A stretch of DNA of 64,000 nt from Myxococcota bacterium. Its GTDB lineage: Bacteria; Myxococcota_A; Polyangia; Polyangiales; Houyiibacteriaceae. The DNA lies in assembly GCA_039030515.1 (NCBI GenBank), contig JBCCEA010000012.1:39546-103545 (forward strand), given 5' to 3'. Shown here piece after piece: positions 32,627 through 41,647 of this stretch (position 1 is the first letter of the stretch; each line of letters starts with the position of its first letter). Under the pieces are notes generated by a model. The model was not told the DNA's origin. It did not search any database and saw only the letters and a list, made by a program, of their open reading frames with translations. The position numbers and the translations under genes are program-made.

Positions 32627-32748
32627 AAGGCAACTCGCGCATCTGGTTACATTCGAACTCTTTTGAGTGAGCATGAGCGAAAAAGCCATTCTTTGCGCTT
32701 ATATCCCAAAAGATAGCATTGTAGGCCTTACGGTGGTTCTTTTCGCAC

Positions 32749-32783
32749 GTAGTGTTGAACTAAGAAAAACGTTGCAACACTAC
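32749..32783. promoter_or_regulatory. Perfect 9-bp inverted repeat, candidate operator or hairpin
   Basis: GTAGTGTTG-N17-CAACACTAC in AT-rich divergent intergenic DNA. Confidence 0.4.
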
Positions 32784-32979
32784 TCTAAACCAGTTCATCG
32801 GGCGGCGAGCACATAGTTGCTTTGCAAAGTCATTAGTCCGGTTTTCCATTACGATTTATGCGTCAGTCTATCTCCGAAAAATCGACAGACCAACCAGTCA
32901 ACTTTGCAGACTCGGGTACTCACTATTTGAGAGATTCCGAATCAAGAGGTTCCGTGTCTAGTGCCAGAGGACTGCAGAG

Positions 32980-33720
32980 GTGCCAGCCGTGACGAAACCG
33001 AAGCGTTCTGAAAGACGGAAGCATTCTCGAATACGTCTATCTTCAAACAAGCGGAACGTCGATAGAGATGCCGGAACTTCGTCCAGAAGGTCATTTCTGC
33101 ACGTGGCCGGTGCGGCCGCCGCTGGAACCTGGATAGTTTCGGCACCTCTGCGATTCGTCGGATCCGCTTCCGCATCGAACTCGCCTGCAGTAATGGGCTC
33201 TGTACTCGACGCCCGTTCTGCTCCGAGCGGGCATGACCACGGATCGGATCGTTCAACCGCAGATGCCTTAGCCGCCGACACTTCGAGCGAAAGCCAGCTT
33301 CCAGACAACCGCAAACACTGGCCCATCTCTCCTGAGGCACTGCCCCAAGGGTTGCCTCTGAGAGACTGGTTCGTCGAACGAGTCCATCCGCTTCACTACG
33401 GAGCAGTGCCGATTGTCTTGGTGCATCGGAGTGGCGCCCGCGCTCAAGTAGACGCTTTACGGTTTCGAACCGACCGAATGGGCGAGCCCAGCTCAGGGAT
33501 TCAGGGTATCGCCCAAACTAAGATGTTCCGGCTTTTTCTGGCGAATGGGGGCAACGGAGCCCAACCCACTCGTGAGTCCAGTGGACTCGCGGTGATGTTT
33601 CTGGCCGAAGTGCTGAAACGTATCGAGTCTCGAGCCCCTGGATGCGTGGACGTGACTTCACTGCTTTCGTTTGAGGAGCGCCAGATTCGTTTTCCCAGAG
33701 CAAAGTTCCGTATTATTTGA
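32980..33720 (+). CDS. Hypothetical protein with twin-arginine-like signal
   Basis: 'SRRSFL' followed by a hydrophobic stretch and ASA; start position uncertain. Confidence 0.6.
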   Translation: MPAVTKPKRSERRKHSRIRLSSNKRNVDRDAGTSSRRSFLHVAGAAAAGTWIVSAPLRFVGSASASNSPAVMGSVLDARSAPSGHDHGSDRSTADALAADTSSESQLPDNRKHWPISPEALPQGLPLRDWFVERVHPLHYGAVPIVLVHRSGARAQVDALRFRTDRMGEPSSGIQGIAQTKMFRLFLANGGNGAQPTRESSGLAVMFLAEVLKRIESRAPGCVDVTSLLSFEERQIRFPRAKFRII

Positions 33721-33747
33721 GCCCACAGCGCTGAGAATGATTCGCGC

Positions 33748-35226
33748 ATGGGATCTCAGGAACCGATCGAGCGCTCTTCCGGCAAGGACTCCACGCGACG
33801 CGAATTCTCACCCCGCCGATGGACAGGCATCGTGCTCACGCCGCTCGCTGGTCTCGTGGCGTTTTTTGCACCACTAGATTTGGACTCAAGGGCGGCGTGT
33901 CTACTCGCTATTTTTGCGACCGTCGTCGTTGCTTGGATCACCGAGATTCTGCCGATCGAAGTCACCTCGCTGCTGATCGCACCGGCGCTCGTCGCGACGG
34001 GGATTACAGATGCAAAATCGGCATATGCCCCCTACGCCGACCCACTGCTGTTTCTTTTTGTCGGTGGCTTCTTTCTCGCACGCGCGATGAACCGCCATGG
34101 ACTTGATAGTCGCCTAGCCTACGCACTTGTGCGACTCGTGCGCGGTGAGCCATGGCGCTGTCAGGCTGCTTTGATGTGCGCCGGACTGCTTTTGTCGATG
34201 TGGATTAGCAACACGGCCGCTGCCGCGATCTTGGTCCCGATCTTACTCAAACTCTTCGATTCGAACCGAGCGGATCCGCACTCCGACCCAAGGGCGCTTT
34301 CCCAGCGTCTTCTCGCCATGGCCTACACATGCTCTATCGGAGGCATGGGCACCCTCATTGGAAGTCCTCCAAACGCGATTACCGCTCGACTATTGCAGAG
34401 CACCGGAATCGACTTCGGTTTCATCGAATGGCTCATGATCGGTCTACCCACAGCCGTGATTCTCGCAGTATGCGTATATCCGGTCGCTATAGGCGGTCGG
34501 GATACGAACCTGGCTCAAAGAGCATCTTTGCCGAAAGAGTCGAGTCGAGCGAAGTGGAGCAAGGGGGAGCAATGCACCGCCATCGCCTTCATCTTGGCCA
34601 TTTTGGGTTGGATCGTTCCCTCCCTACTCAAAGCCATGCACCTCCCGATCGGCACCTATCTGGTTCGCGTAGTTCCGAGCGGGAGCATCGCGCTATTCGC
34701 GTCGGCTATCCTTTTTTTTCTTAGAGATGAGCGTGGAGAGCGGGTCCTGCCGTGGAACGATGCAATCCGAATCGATTGGGGCATCATCATGCTTTTCGGG
34801 GGCGGAATTGCGCTTGGTACTCAGATAATGGAAACGGGTTTAGCTGCGAAACTGGGGAGCCGTTTTGTATCCGCCACCGGAGTCTCAGATGTGTGGACGC
34901 TGACTGCTCTCGTCGTGGTGTTTACCGTAGTGTTCACTGAAGCGTGTTCCAATACCGCGGCCAGCAACATGCTGGTTCCCTTGGTCATCGCAGTCGCTCA
35001 GGATATCGGTGTATCGCCGGTAGCGCCTTCTATCGCCGTGGGCCTAGCAGCAAGCTGCGCGTTCATGATGCCGATAGCTACGGGTCCGAACGCGGTGGTA
35101 TTCGGCTCGGGTCGGGTACAGCTGACTACGATGATCAAGAGGGGCTTTATGTTGAATATCGTCGCGATTATTGTCGTTTTTTCTGCGGTCCGTATCTTGT
35201 GCCCGTTGTTTGGTTGGATGGACTGA
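33748..35226 (+). CDS. DASS/SLC13 family divalent anion:Na+ symporter
   Basis: 'SMWISNTA', 'GTLIGSPPNA', 'TEACSNTA', 'FMMPIATGPNA'; many TM helices. Confidence 0.93.
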   Translation: MGSQEPIERSSGKDSTRREFSPRRWTGIVLTPLAGLVAFFAPLDLDSRAACLLAIFATVVVAWITEILPIEVTSLLIAPALVATGITDAKSAYAPYADPLLFLFVGGFFLARAMNRHGLDSRLAYALVRLVRGEPWRCQAALMCAGLLLSMWISNTAAAAILVPILLKLFDSNRADPHSDPRALSQRLLAMAYTCSIGGMGTLIGSPPNAITARLLQSTGIDFGFIEWLMIGLPTAVILAVCVYPVAIGGRDTNLAQRASLPKESSRAKWSKGEQCTAIAFILAILGWIVPSLLKAMHLPIGTYLVRVVPSGSIALFASAILFFLRDERGERVLPWNDAIRIDWGIIMLFGGGIALGTQIMETGLAAKLGSRFVSATGVSDVWTLTALVVVFTVVFTEACSNTAASNMLVPLVIAVAQDIGVSPVAPSIAVGLAASCAFMMPIATGPNAVVFGSGRVQLTTMIKRGFMLNIVAIIVVFSAVRILCPLFGWMD

Positions 35227-35398
35227 ATGTACAGGCAGACCGAGTCGCTTCGTGAGCCCGGTCCGAGCGGATTGTCGAGTCACAAACTGGCATGATCGAA
35301 TGCTAGAGATCTAGGCTTTACAGGTGAGGCAAAAGCCAACATCTGCTGATGCATTCCACCCTCGTGCGACCACTGCATTCGAACTCGCAATTCGATCC

Positions 35399-37666
35399 AT
35401 GGCGAAACACACACGCGATGAAGACGCGGTTTTTGAGCTGGTGAAAAGCAACGCCTACGATCAGCATCGATCTTCATTGCACGCCTATTTGTTTCTAAAG
35501 CTGCACGACGGAGACACAGCAAACCAGGCGATGAGCCAGCTGATCCAGTCGGCTCGCAGCGCGGGGTGCACTGAACTTCTCGCCCCACCGGGAGCGAGAG
35601 CGCGTCTTTTTTTTACCGCGCGATCCATCGCGAATAAGCTCGGAGCGAGTGGGCCGAATTCGGCAGAATGCGGATTCGAACATCCGCTGTTCGAGAAACG
35701 GACTCCCAATACAGAACGAGTAAGGACACCGAACAGCGATCAGCAGATTCGCAATGAGCTCATCAAGGCACTCACCGAGCTGGAACTCGAGGCCCTGCTC
35801 TTGCGGCACGTCTACGAACTTTCCGCCACTGAAATAGCCCACGTTCTCGAGCAAACCGTGGACTCAGCCCTAGATCTACTCACGCTAGCTGGAGCCAAAG
35901 CCAAACGTATCGTGGGCGCCGAGCCCATTCTTCGCAGAGTCTTTGCATCGCTTTGGACCGTCGAACTCCCAGGCCTGATCCCTACTTTTCCCAGCGTTTC
36001 AGGGGCCGCTTTGGAGTCTGGCGACGTTGTGGCGGGACGCTACGCGATCGTCGAGCAAGTCGGACAAGGAGCCTTTGGCGATGTTTTTCGTGCTCATGAT
36101 CGAGATGTACCGGGTCATGTGGTGGCCTTAAAGATGCTGCGCGACTCCGCGAGATCAAGCGAGTCGGAGCAGCGGGCACTCCGTGAGCTGAGACATCTAG
36201 CTTCGGTGTTTCACCCGTCCGTGGTGCAGTTTAAGGACCACGGGTGGCACGACGGACGACTTTGGTTCGTGATGCCTTGGTATGAGGGAGAGACTCTTGA
36301 AGAGCGCATTACACGAGCTCCGCTCACAAGACGTGAAGCGCGCCCCATCTTCGAGAAGTTGGCCCACGCACTCGGTGCGATGCATGCGGCGGGCATTCGT
36401 CATCAAGACATCAAACCCGAAAACGTAATTCTAACGAGAATCGACGGCGCTGAAGGCGAGGAGGAACTGGGTCGCCCAGATACGGATGGCTTACTTCCGG
36501 TGTTGATCGATTTCGGCGTCGCCGCCCGCGAAGCCGAGATGGTGGTCGCCGGAACCCCTATCTACTTTGCTCCGGAGGTCGCAGCCCAATTCACTGAGGG
36601 CGAGGCGACATCCGCGGTGACCCTCAAAGCCGATGTGTTTTCACTCGCGCTCTGTCTACGCAACGCACTGGAACCTGAAGCGCAAGAAGAAATACTCGAA
36701 GGTCAGGTTGATGACTTCATCCAAAGACGGGCAAAAGGTGAGCGAGCGCTACCTCAACAGCGTTCCCTACGTTATCTAAACGGCTCTTTTCAAAGGTGGC
36801 TTTCGACTGCCGAGGAAGAACGTCCCACAGCGCGTGAGTTTGCTACAGAACTGCGAGTACTTACCGAGCCGGAGGAGCAACGGGCACGCCGAAGAGCTAC
36901 ACTTCGATGGCTTGCACCTCTCATGCTCTGCATTGGCTCCATGGCGGGCACCGGTGCTTTTGCGCTTCACCACCGAGCCGAGATCCAAAAACGCGAGGCG
37001 CTTGATCTGCGTGAGAATCTAATGAGGTCTGAGGCTCGGGAGAGAACTCTGAAAAAAGACGTTCGAAGCCTCGTAGACGAGCACCACCGAAGCCTCCAAA
37101 CCCGTCAACAACTGGCCTCGCAACTGGAGCTGAAGGAGGAGCAGCTTGATACGACACGACACGACCTGCATCGTCGGGCTCTAGAGTCAGCTCAAAGACG
37201 CTCAGAACTGGAGCGCTCGCGCGCAGATCTCTTGGAAAAGCAAAAAGAGCTCACGTCGATCTCGGCAGAACTAGCCTCCCGAGAGGGACAACTACAGGAT
37301 GCTCAATCTGCCTTGCATACGATTGAGAACTCGCTTGCGCAGACCTTGACTCGGGCTCAGGCGCTCGAAACCGAGTCTAGAGCCCTGCGAGAACAAAGCG
37401 ACAAGCTGACAAAACAGCTTACTTCTGCTCAGGACGAAACTTCTCGGCTTCGCAGGTCGCGGGATGATGCAGCGCGTGCCAAGTCGCGCGCCGAGGCACG
37501 GGTCCAGTCCCTGGAGGGAGCGCTCTCTGACGCACGGATCACGAATCAAAGGCTCCGCGAACGTATTCAGACCTTGGAGCGCGCCCGGGTCGCAGCACAG
37601 GCCGCACTCCGTGGGAGCTCTCGAGCTCTGGCAAATGAGCACCCAAACAACGACTTTCAGTGGTAG
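35399..37666 (+). CDS. Ser/Thr protein kinase with N-terminal sigma-factor-like domain, TM segment and C-terminal coiled coil
   Basis: GQGAFG, VALK, HQDIKPEN, DFG, GTPIYFAPE; sigma region-4-like 'LTELELEALLLRHVYELSATEIAHVL'; hydrophobic 'WLAPLMLCIGSMAGTGAFAL'; heptad-rich tail. Confidence 0.85.
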   Translation: MAKHTRDEDAVFELVKSNAYDQHRSSLHAYLFLKLHDGDTANQAMSQLIQSARSAGCTELLAPPGARARLFFTARSIANKLGASGPNSAECGFEHPLFEKRTPNTERVRTPNSDQQIRNELIKALTELELEALLLRHVYELSATEIAHVLEQTVDSALDLLTLAGAKAKRIVGAEPILRRVFASLWTVELPGLIPTFPSVSGAALESGDVVAGRYAIVEQVGQGAFGDVFRAHDRDVPGHVVALKMLRDSARSSESEQRALRELRHLASVFHPSVVQFKDHGWHDGRLWFVMPWYEGETLEERITRAPLTRREARPIFEKLAHALGAMHAAGIRHQDIKPENVILTRIDGAEGEEELGRPDTDGLLPVLIDFGVAAREAEMVVAGTPIYFAPEVAAQFTEGEATSAVTLKADVFSLALCLRNALEPEAQEEILEGQVDDFIQRRAKGERALPQQRSLRYLNGSFQRWLSTAEEERPTAREFATELRVLTEPEEQRARRRATLRWLAPLMLCIGSMAGTGAFALHHRAEIQKREALDLRENLMRSEARERTLKKDVRSLVDEHHRSLQTRQQLASQLELKEEQLDTTRHDLHRRALESAQRRSELERSRADLLEKQKELTSISAELASREGQLQDAQSALHTIENSLAQTLTRAQALETESRALREQSDKLTKQLTSAQDETSRLRRSRDDAARAKSRAEARVQSLEGALSDARITNQRLRERIQTLERARVAAQAALRGSSRALANEHPNNDFQW

Positions 37667-38087
37667 CGTTTCACTCGTAAACGAATCTCGCATCGAAGCC
37701 CTCGAACAGCGCGTCGAACAACTCGAATCGTTACTCAAACAGCGCCCTTCTGGATCGTTACCTCTCGATCCTGGAGTAGGTGCTCAGTCGCCCGGCGCTG
37801 ATGTAGCTTGTCGCTTCGTTACAGATGAACAACGAATTGTGGATTTGAGCGTCTCACTAGTGGAAGAGCGTTTCCATGACATGGTCGAGCGAAGCATCCA
37901 CAGAATCGACCTGTCTTTTGAAAAGACGTACGAAGCGATCATCCGGCAGATAGATACTCAAAGCGGCGTTCAGAATGAACGGACGGTATCGAAAGAAGAC
38001 TCTTCTGAAGCACATGCGCCCCTAAATTTAAGGTACTTCATCAGTGCCGCTTGCAAATGGCTTCCTTGGAGTACTCGGCAGGAGTAA
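37635..38087 (+). CDS. Hypothetical protein with short coiled coil
   Basis: 'RIEALEQRVEQLESLL'; overlaps the kinase 3' end; start uncertain. Confidence 0.5.
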   Translation: MSTQTTTFSGSVSLVNESRIEALEQRVEQLESLLKQRPSGSLPLDPGVGAQSPGADVACRFVTDEQRIVDLSVSLVEERFHDMVERSIHRIDLSFEKTYEAIIRQIDTQSGVQNERTVSKEDSSEAHAPLNLRYFISAACKWLPWSTRQE

Positions 38088-38263
38088 CGCCAACTGCCGC
38101 AGCACAGCAGTCGCCGAAATCGACTGGATGCACTTGTCGACCCGCCACATCGCGATCAGGCTCATGAACAGATCTTTTTGCGAACAAAAACGTGCAGTAT
38201 ACGACAAACGTGCATCTGAGATCGCGGATCCACGTCTTGGGCCGGATTCGTTTGCTATCCTGA

Positions 38264-39484
38264 ATGACTTTGATTCGCATTTATTTATTCGTTTGTTGCG
38301 TCTGGCTAGCCGCCTGCGCCTCTGGGAGTTCAGAAATTGATCCAACCGACTCCGGAGCACCAGGCGACGGGGGAATCTCAAGCGATTCTGGAGACGGCAA
38401 TATCTCTGATCCTTGCGCCAATGTCGTGTGCGAGGGCTTCAGTCAGTGTGTGGCCGGCTCCTGCGTTCCGGATGAACCATGTGCAACCGGCGCAGACTGC
38501 AACGACGGCAATTTATGCCGCAGCGGATTCTGCGTTGCACCTGATCGAGATGTCGATGGTGACGGTTACAATGCCTTCGAAGACTGCGACGAAAACAACT
38601 TCGAAATAAATCCAGGTGCACTTGAGTCTTGCAATGTTGTGGACGAAGACTGTGACGGGCGGATCGACGAAGGAGGTGCGGCGCAGCTTTGTGGTCAGGG
38701 GACCGGTCTCGGCGAGTGCTGCACGGAAGCTTCACAGTCCGATGGATGGGCATGCACGCTTGGAGAATGTGGATGTCCCGAGGGTCGATACGATCTCGAT
38801 TCGACTTTCGACGATGGCTGCGAGTGCCGAGAACTTCCCGAACTAGGTACTGGAGCAGCGTGCACGGACGCCATCAATTTGGGCATCATCACTGAAAGCG
38901 GAACGTCCGGTGAAACCGTCGATCCGACTCTTACCAGCGGAACCATCATCAGCGGCCGCTCCATCTGGTACGAGGTGGAAGCCGTAGATGGGCCCAATGA
39001 GCTGAGTACCGATCGCACTCCGCCTTCGCTCGGTGTGTTTATCTACAACAACGGGTATCACTTTGACGTTCGTTTCGCAGAGAACCCCGGAGACCAATAC
39101 CGATTTAGGGTCCACGCAGAAAGCTGCCTAGACCGCTCACCTGACTCCACGATCGACGAATGTCCGAATCTAGATTCCCTCACTCGGTTCAGTCATCGGG
39201 TTGACCTAAGCGAAGCCGGCAGCGGCCATGCACCCTGCATCTGCTACGACCCAAATCCGGAGGACGGGGAATTCGCTTGCGATGAGCGACCCAATCCAAC
39301 TCCGATTGAACACAACGCAGATCCCAATGTTAACTTGGTTGCCGACGTTCCCCTTTGCGCCACGAATCCTTCGTTTACCACTACGTTCTACATCGAAGTA
39401 ATCCGCAATCCCCAACCGACGAGCGATTTTGTCACCTGCGAGCCATTCGTGCTGGAGGTGAGCAACGGTATCTACGATTCCTAA
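38264..39484 (+). CDS. Cys/Asp-rich lipoprotein with putative metal-binding (MopE-like) repeat
   Basis: Lipobox LAA-C; 'DVDGDGY...DCDENNFEINPGALESCNVVDEDCDGRIDE'. Confidence 0.8.
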   Translation: MTLIRIYLFVCCVWLAACASGSSEIDPTDSGAPGDGGISSDSGDGNISDPCANVVCEGFSQCVAGSCVPDEPCATGADCNDGNLCRSGFCVAPDRDVDGDGYNAFEDCDENNFEINPGALESCNVVDEDCDGRIDEGGAAQLCGQGTGLGECCTEASQSDGWACTLGECGCPEGRYDLDSTFDDGCECRELPELGTGAACTDAINLGIITESGTSGETVDPTLTSGTIISGRSIWYEVEAVDGPNELSTDRTPPSLGVFIYNNGYHFDVRFAENPGDQYRFRVHAESCLDRSPDSTIDECPNLDSLTRFSHRVDLSEAGSGHAPCICYDPNPEDGEFACDERPNPTPIEHNADPNVNLVADVPLCATNPSFTTTFYIEVIRNPQPTSDFVTCEPFVLEVSNGIYDS

Positions 39485-39573
39485 AAGCGTAGACATGCCC
39501 ACCTCTTTCGGGTGTTGCCTCTGCAAGGCGTGTGTAGAATGTGCGTGAGAACTTCCGCATCTCTGCACACGTT

Positions 39574-41526
39574 TTATTCGCTCAAATTAGATTCAAGTAT
39601 CGGTTCTACACATCCAAAGCCACGCGTTCGGACGTAGCTGATGTGTAAACCGCGGCAGCTGGAATTTTCTACGCAAGAGGTGCATCGCAATGGTTTCGTG
39701 AAGTAGTGGGAGTCGATATAGCGTTTTGTGAAACGAAATATCTCGGGACGTCCATCAGGGCGAAGCATACTTAGGTCGAGAAATTTCGACTCGAGTGTGG
39801 GCGCCTGTCCACCAATGCATCTCGGTATTCCAAATCGTGGGACATCGAGTCGAAACTTGGCGAAAAACTCTGGTAACTCCACGTCGAAGGCCCGAGAGTC
39901 TGTGGATCGCTCCCAAGTCGGCTGCTGAATTGCTAAACGAGTGGCCGTCCGTTCTGGAGCCAACAGCCAAGCTTCAGTTGCCTTCAGCAGTAAAACAACC
40001 ACTTCAAACGACGCGTCTAGCGCGAGCAGTCGCTCGGCTTGCTCGGGGTGGCGAGCGAGTACGCGTGTGAGCCTTTTTCCATCCAGCACTTCCCCCTCGA
40101 GCAGATCCTCAAGGCCTTCATAAGAGCCGAGCTCCAGGGAGACGTTAGCCAGACTGGGAAATCGGCGCATGGCAGATCGTGCATCCATCATGTCTTTGGC
40201 GACCACATGAAGCTGCGTTACCGAGGGGGACTGGGCAAGAGCCTCCGGGGTTTGATAGGAAACGGGACTAGGCTGTCCGGACAAGACACGAAGGCGCCGG
40301 CGACCCTCTTGAGCATCGGACGCGCCGAGGCTCACACTGCTGGTCGAAAGAGCCGAGCCCGCATTGGAGAACAACGCTGCATCAGTGATCGAGACCTCAT
40401 CCTTAGAAACCAAAGCGGTTGCGGGAGGAAATGAACCGACGGCCGCTCGGTATTCCTGCTCGGAGCTCTGACGTCGAGCCCTCCTCTCACTTGCCGGGTC
40501 TCCCCCGAACGCTTGATGATCGGCGACCTCCCAATCTACGTCGACTCGGAGACCTTCAAAGTCAGAGTCTGACAGTCGATTTAAGGTTTGCTCCAACGTG
40601 TCGCAAAGAGGCTCTAGATAGCAATAGCGACAGCGTGCTGGCTGTCTACAGTCTAGAAGTTCGCCAAAGTCAAAGAGTCGGTCGAACTCCTGTCGTCGAC
40701 CGCGTACTTCATCATTGAGCTTGTAGGGGTCCTGAATCAAATCTTCGAAACCCTCGCAATGTGCAGGCGGGAATCGGTTCAGCCAAAGGTGCATGTCCGG
40801 AAGACGTGCATAAGAAAAAGCTCGAAAGAGAGCGTCTTTAGCTTCGTCGAGATCGTAAAAGAGCGTATCCTTACCCTCGCGAAACGCTCTCCCGAAAGGG
40901 ATGATTTGAAGCAAATCGTACTCTCGAACGCCCATCCTCACGAACTTATCTATAATATCGGCGAGATAGCGAACGTTAGCTCGATTCACGACAACATCTA
41001 TATTGACTATGGGGCGTCCGTCTGAGAGCGCATTTTCAAGACCACGCACCTCTTCATCAAAAGCCCCTTTTACCCCGACCAGTGCATCGTGGATCTTCGC
41101 ATTTGGTCCGTGAATAGAGAAAGTGATTTCCGACAAACCTGCATCCAAACACCGACTCAAAAAAGGTCGATATCGGAACATTCTCCCATTGGTAACGGTT
41201 TGTACTTTTTCGTAGCCTGCCAATCGGCCCAAACGCACAAAATCAACGAAGTGCGGATGAATCGTCGGTTCTCCTCCGCTGAGAATCAGTCGCTCCGCAC
41301 CCTTTCGTCGACCATCGAGGATTTGTCGCTTCACATCAGCGACATCACGCATCTCACCGTCATGACTGTCGGAATCCAGGCAGAAAATGCAGCGATCGTT
41401 GCAGGCATAGGTCAGACGCACCCAGTTCCGCTTTTGATGCGCTGCCGCCTCGTGCGCTTCGGCAGTGCTCGGCTTCACGGCCGGATCCTGAGGAGCGTTC
41501 TGCCTTGCCGGGTCGGCTTGTTCCAT
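39574..41526 (-). CDS. Radical SAM protein, HxsC-like, with two Cx2Cx5C modules
   Basis: CNDRCIFC, LSGGEPT, TNG; CRYCYLEPLC and IPRC...CTSCVENSSCRG. Confidence 0.9.
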   Translation of the reverse strand: MEQADPARQNAPQDPAVKPSTAEAHEAAAHQKRNWVRLTYACNDRCIFCLDSDSHDGEMRDVADVKRQILDGRRKGAERLILSGGEPTIHPHFVDFVRLGRLAGYEKVQTVTNGRMFRYRPFLSRCLDAGLSEITFSIHGPNAKIHDALVGVKGAFDEEVRGLENALSDGRPIVNIDVVVNRANVRYLADIIDKFVRMGVREYDLLQIIPFGRAFREGKDTLFYDLDEAKDALFRAFSYARLPDMHLWLNRFPPAHCEGFEDLIQDPYKLNDEVRGRRQEFDRLFDFGELLDCRQPARCRYCYLEPLCDTLEQTLNRLSDSDFEGLRVDVDWEVADHQAFGGDPASERRARRQSSEQEYRAAVGSFPPATALVSKDEVSITDAALFSNAGSALSTSSVSLGASDAQEGRRRLRVLSGQPSPVSYQTPEALAQSPSVTQLHVVAKDMMDARSAMRRFPSLANVSLELGSYEGLEDLLEGEVLDGKRLTRVLARHPEQAERLLALDASFEVVVLLLKATEAWLLAPERTATRLAIQQPTWERSTDSRAFDVELPEFFAKFRLDVPRFGIPRCIGGQAPTLESKFLDLSMLRPDGRPEIFRFTKRYIDSHYFTKPLRCTSCVENSSCRGLHISYVRTRGFGCVEPILESNLSE

Positions 41527-41647
41527 AGTTCAAGCATAGCGAAAATCGTAGATGTTGCCCGGAATCAAAGCTCAGAAAAAAGGGGGCATCGAGTAGCGGG
41601 TCTACGTAGTCCAATTTGAAATCGTTCGCTCAGGGTGAGGGGAAACA

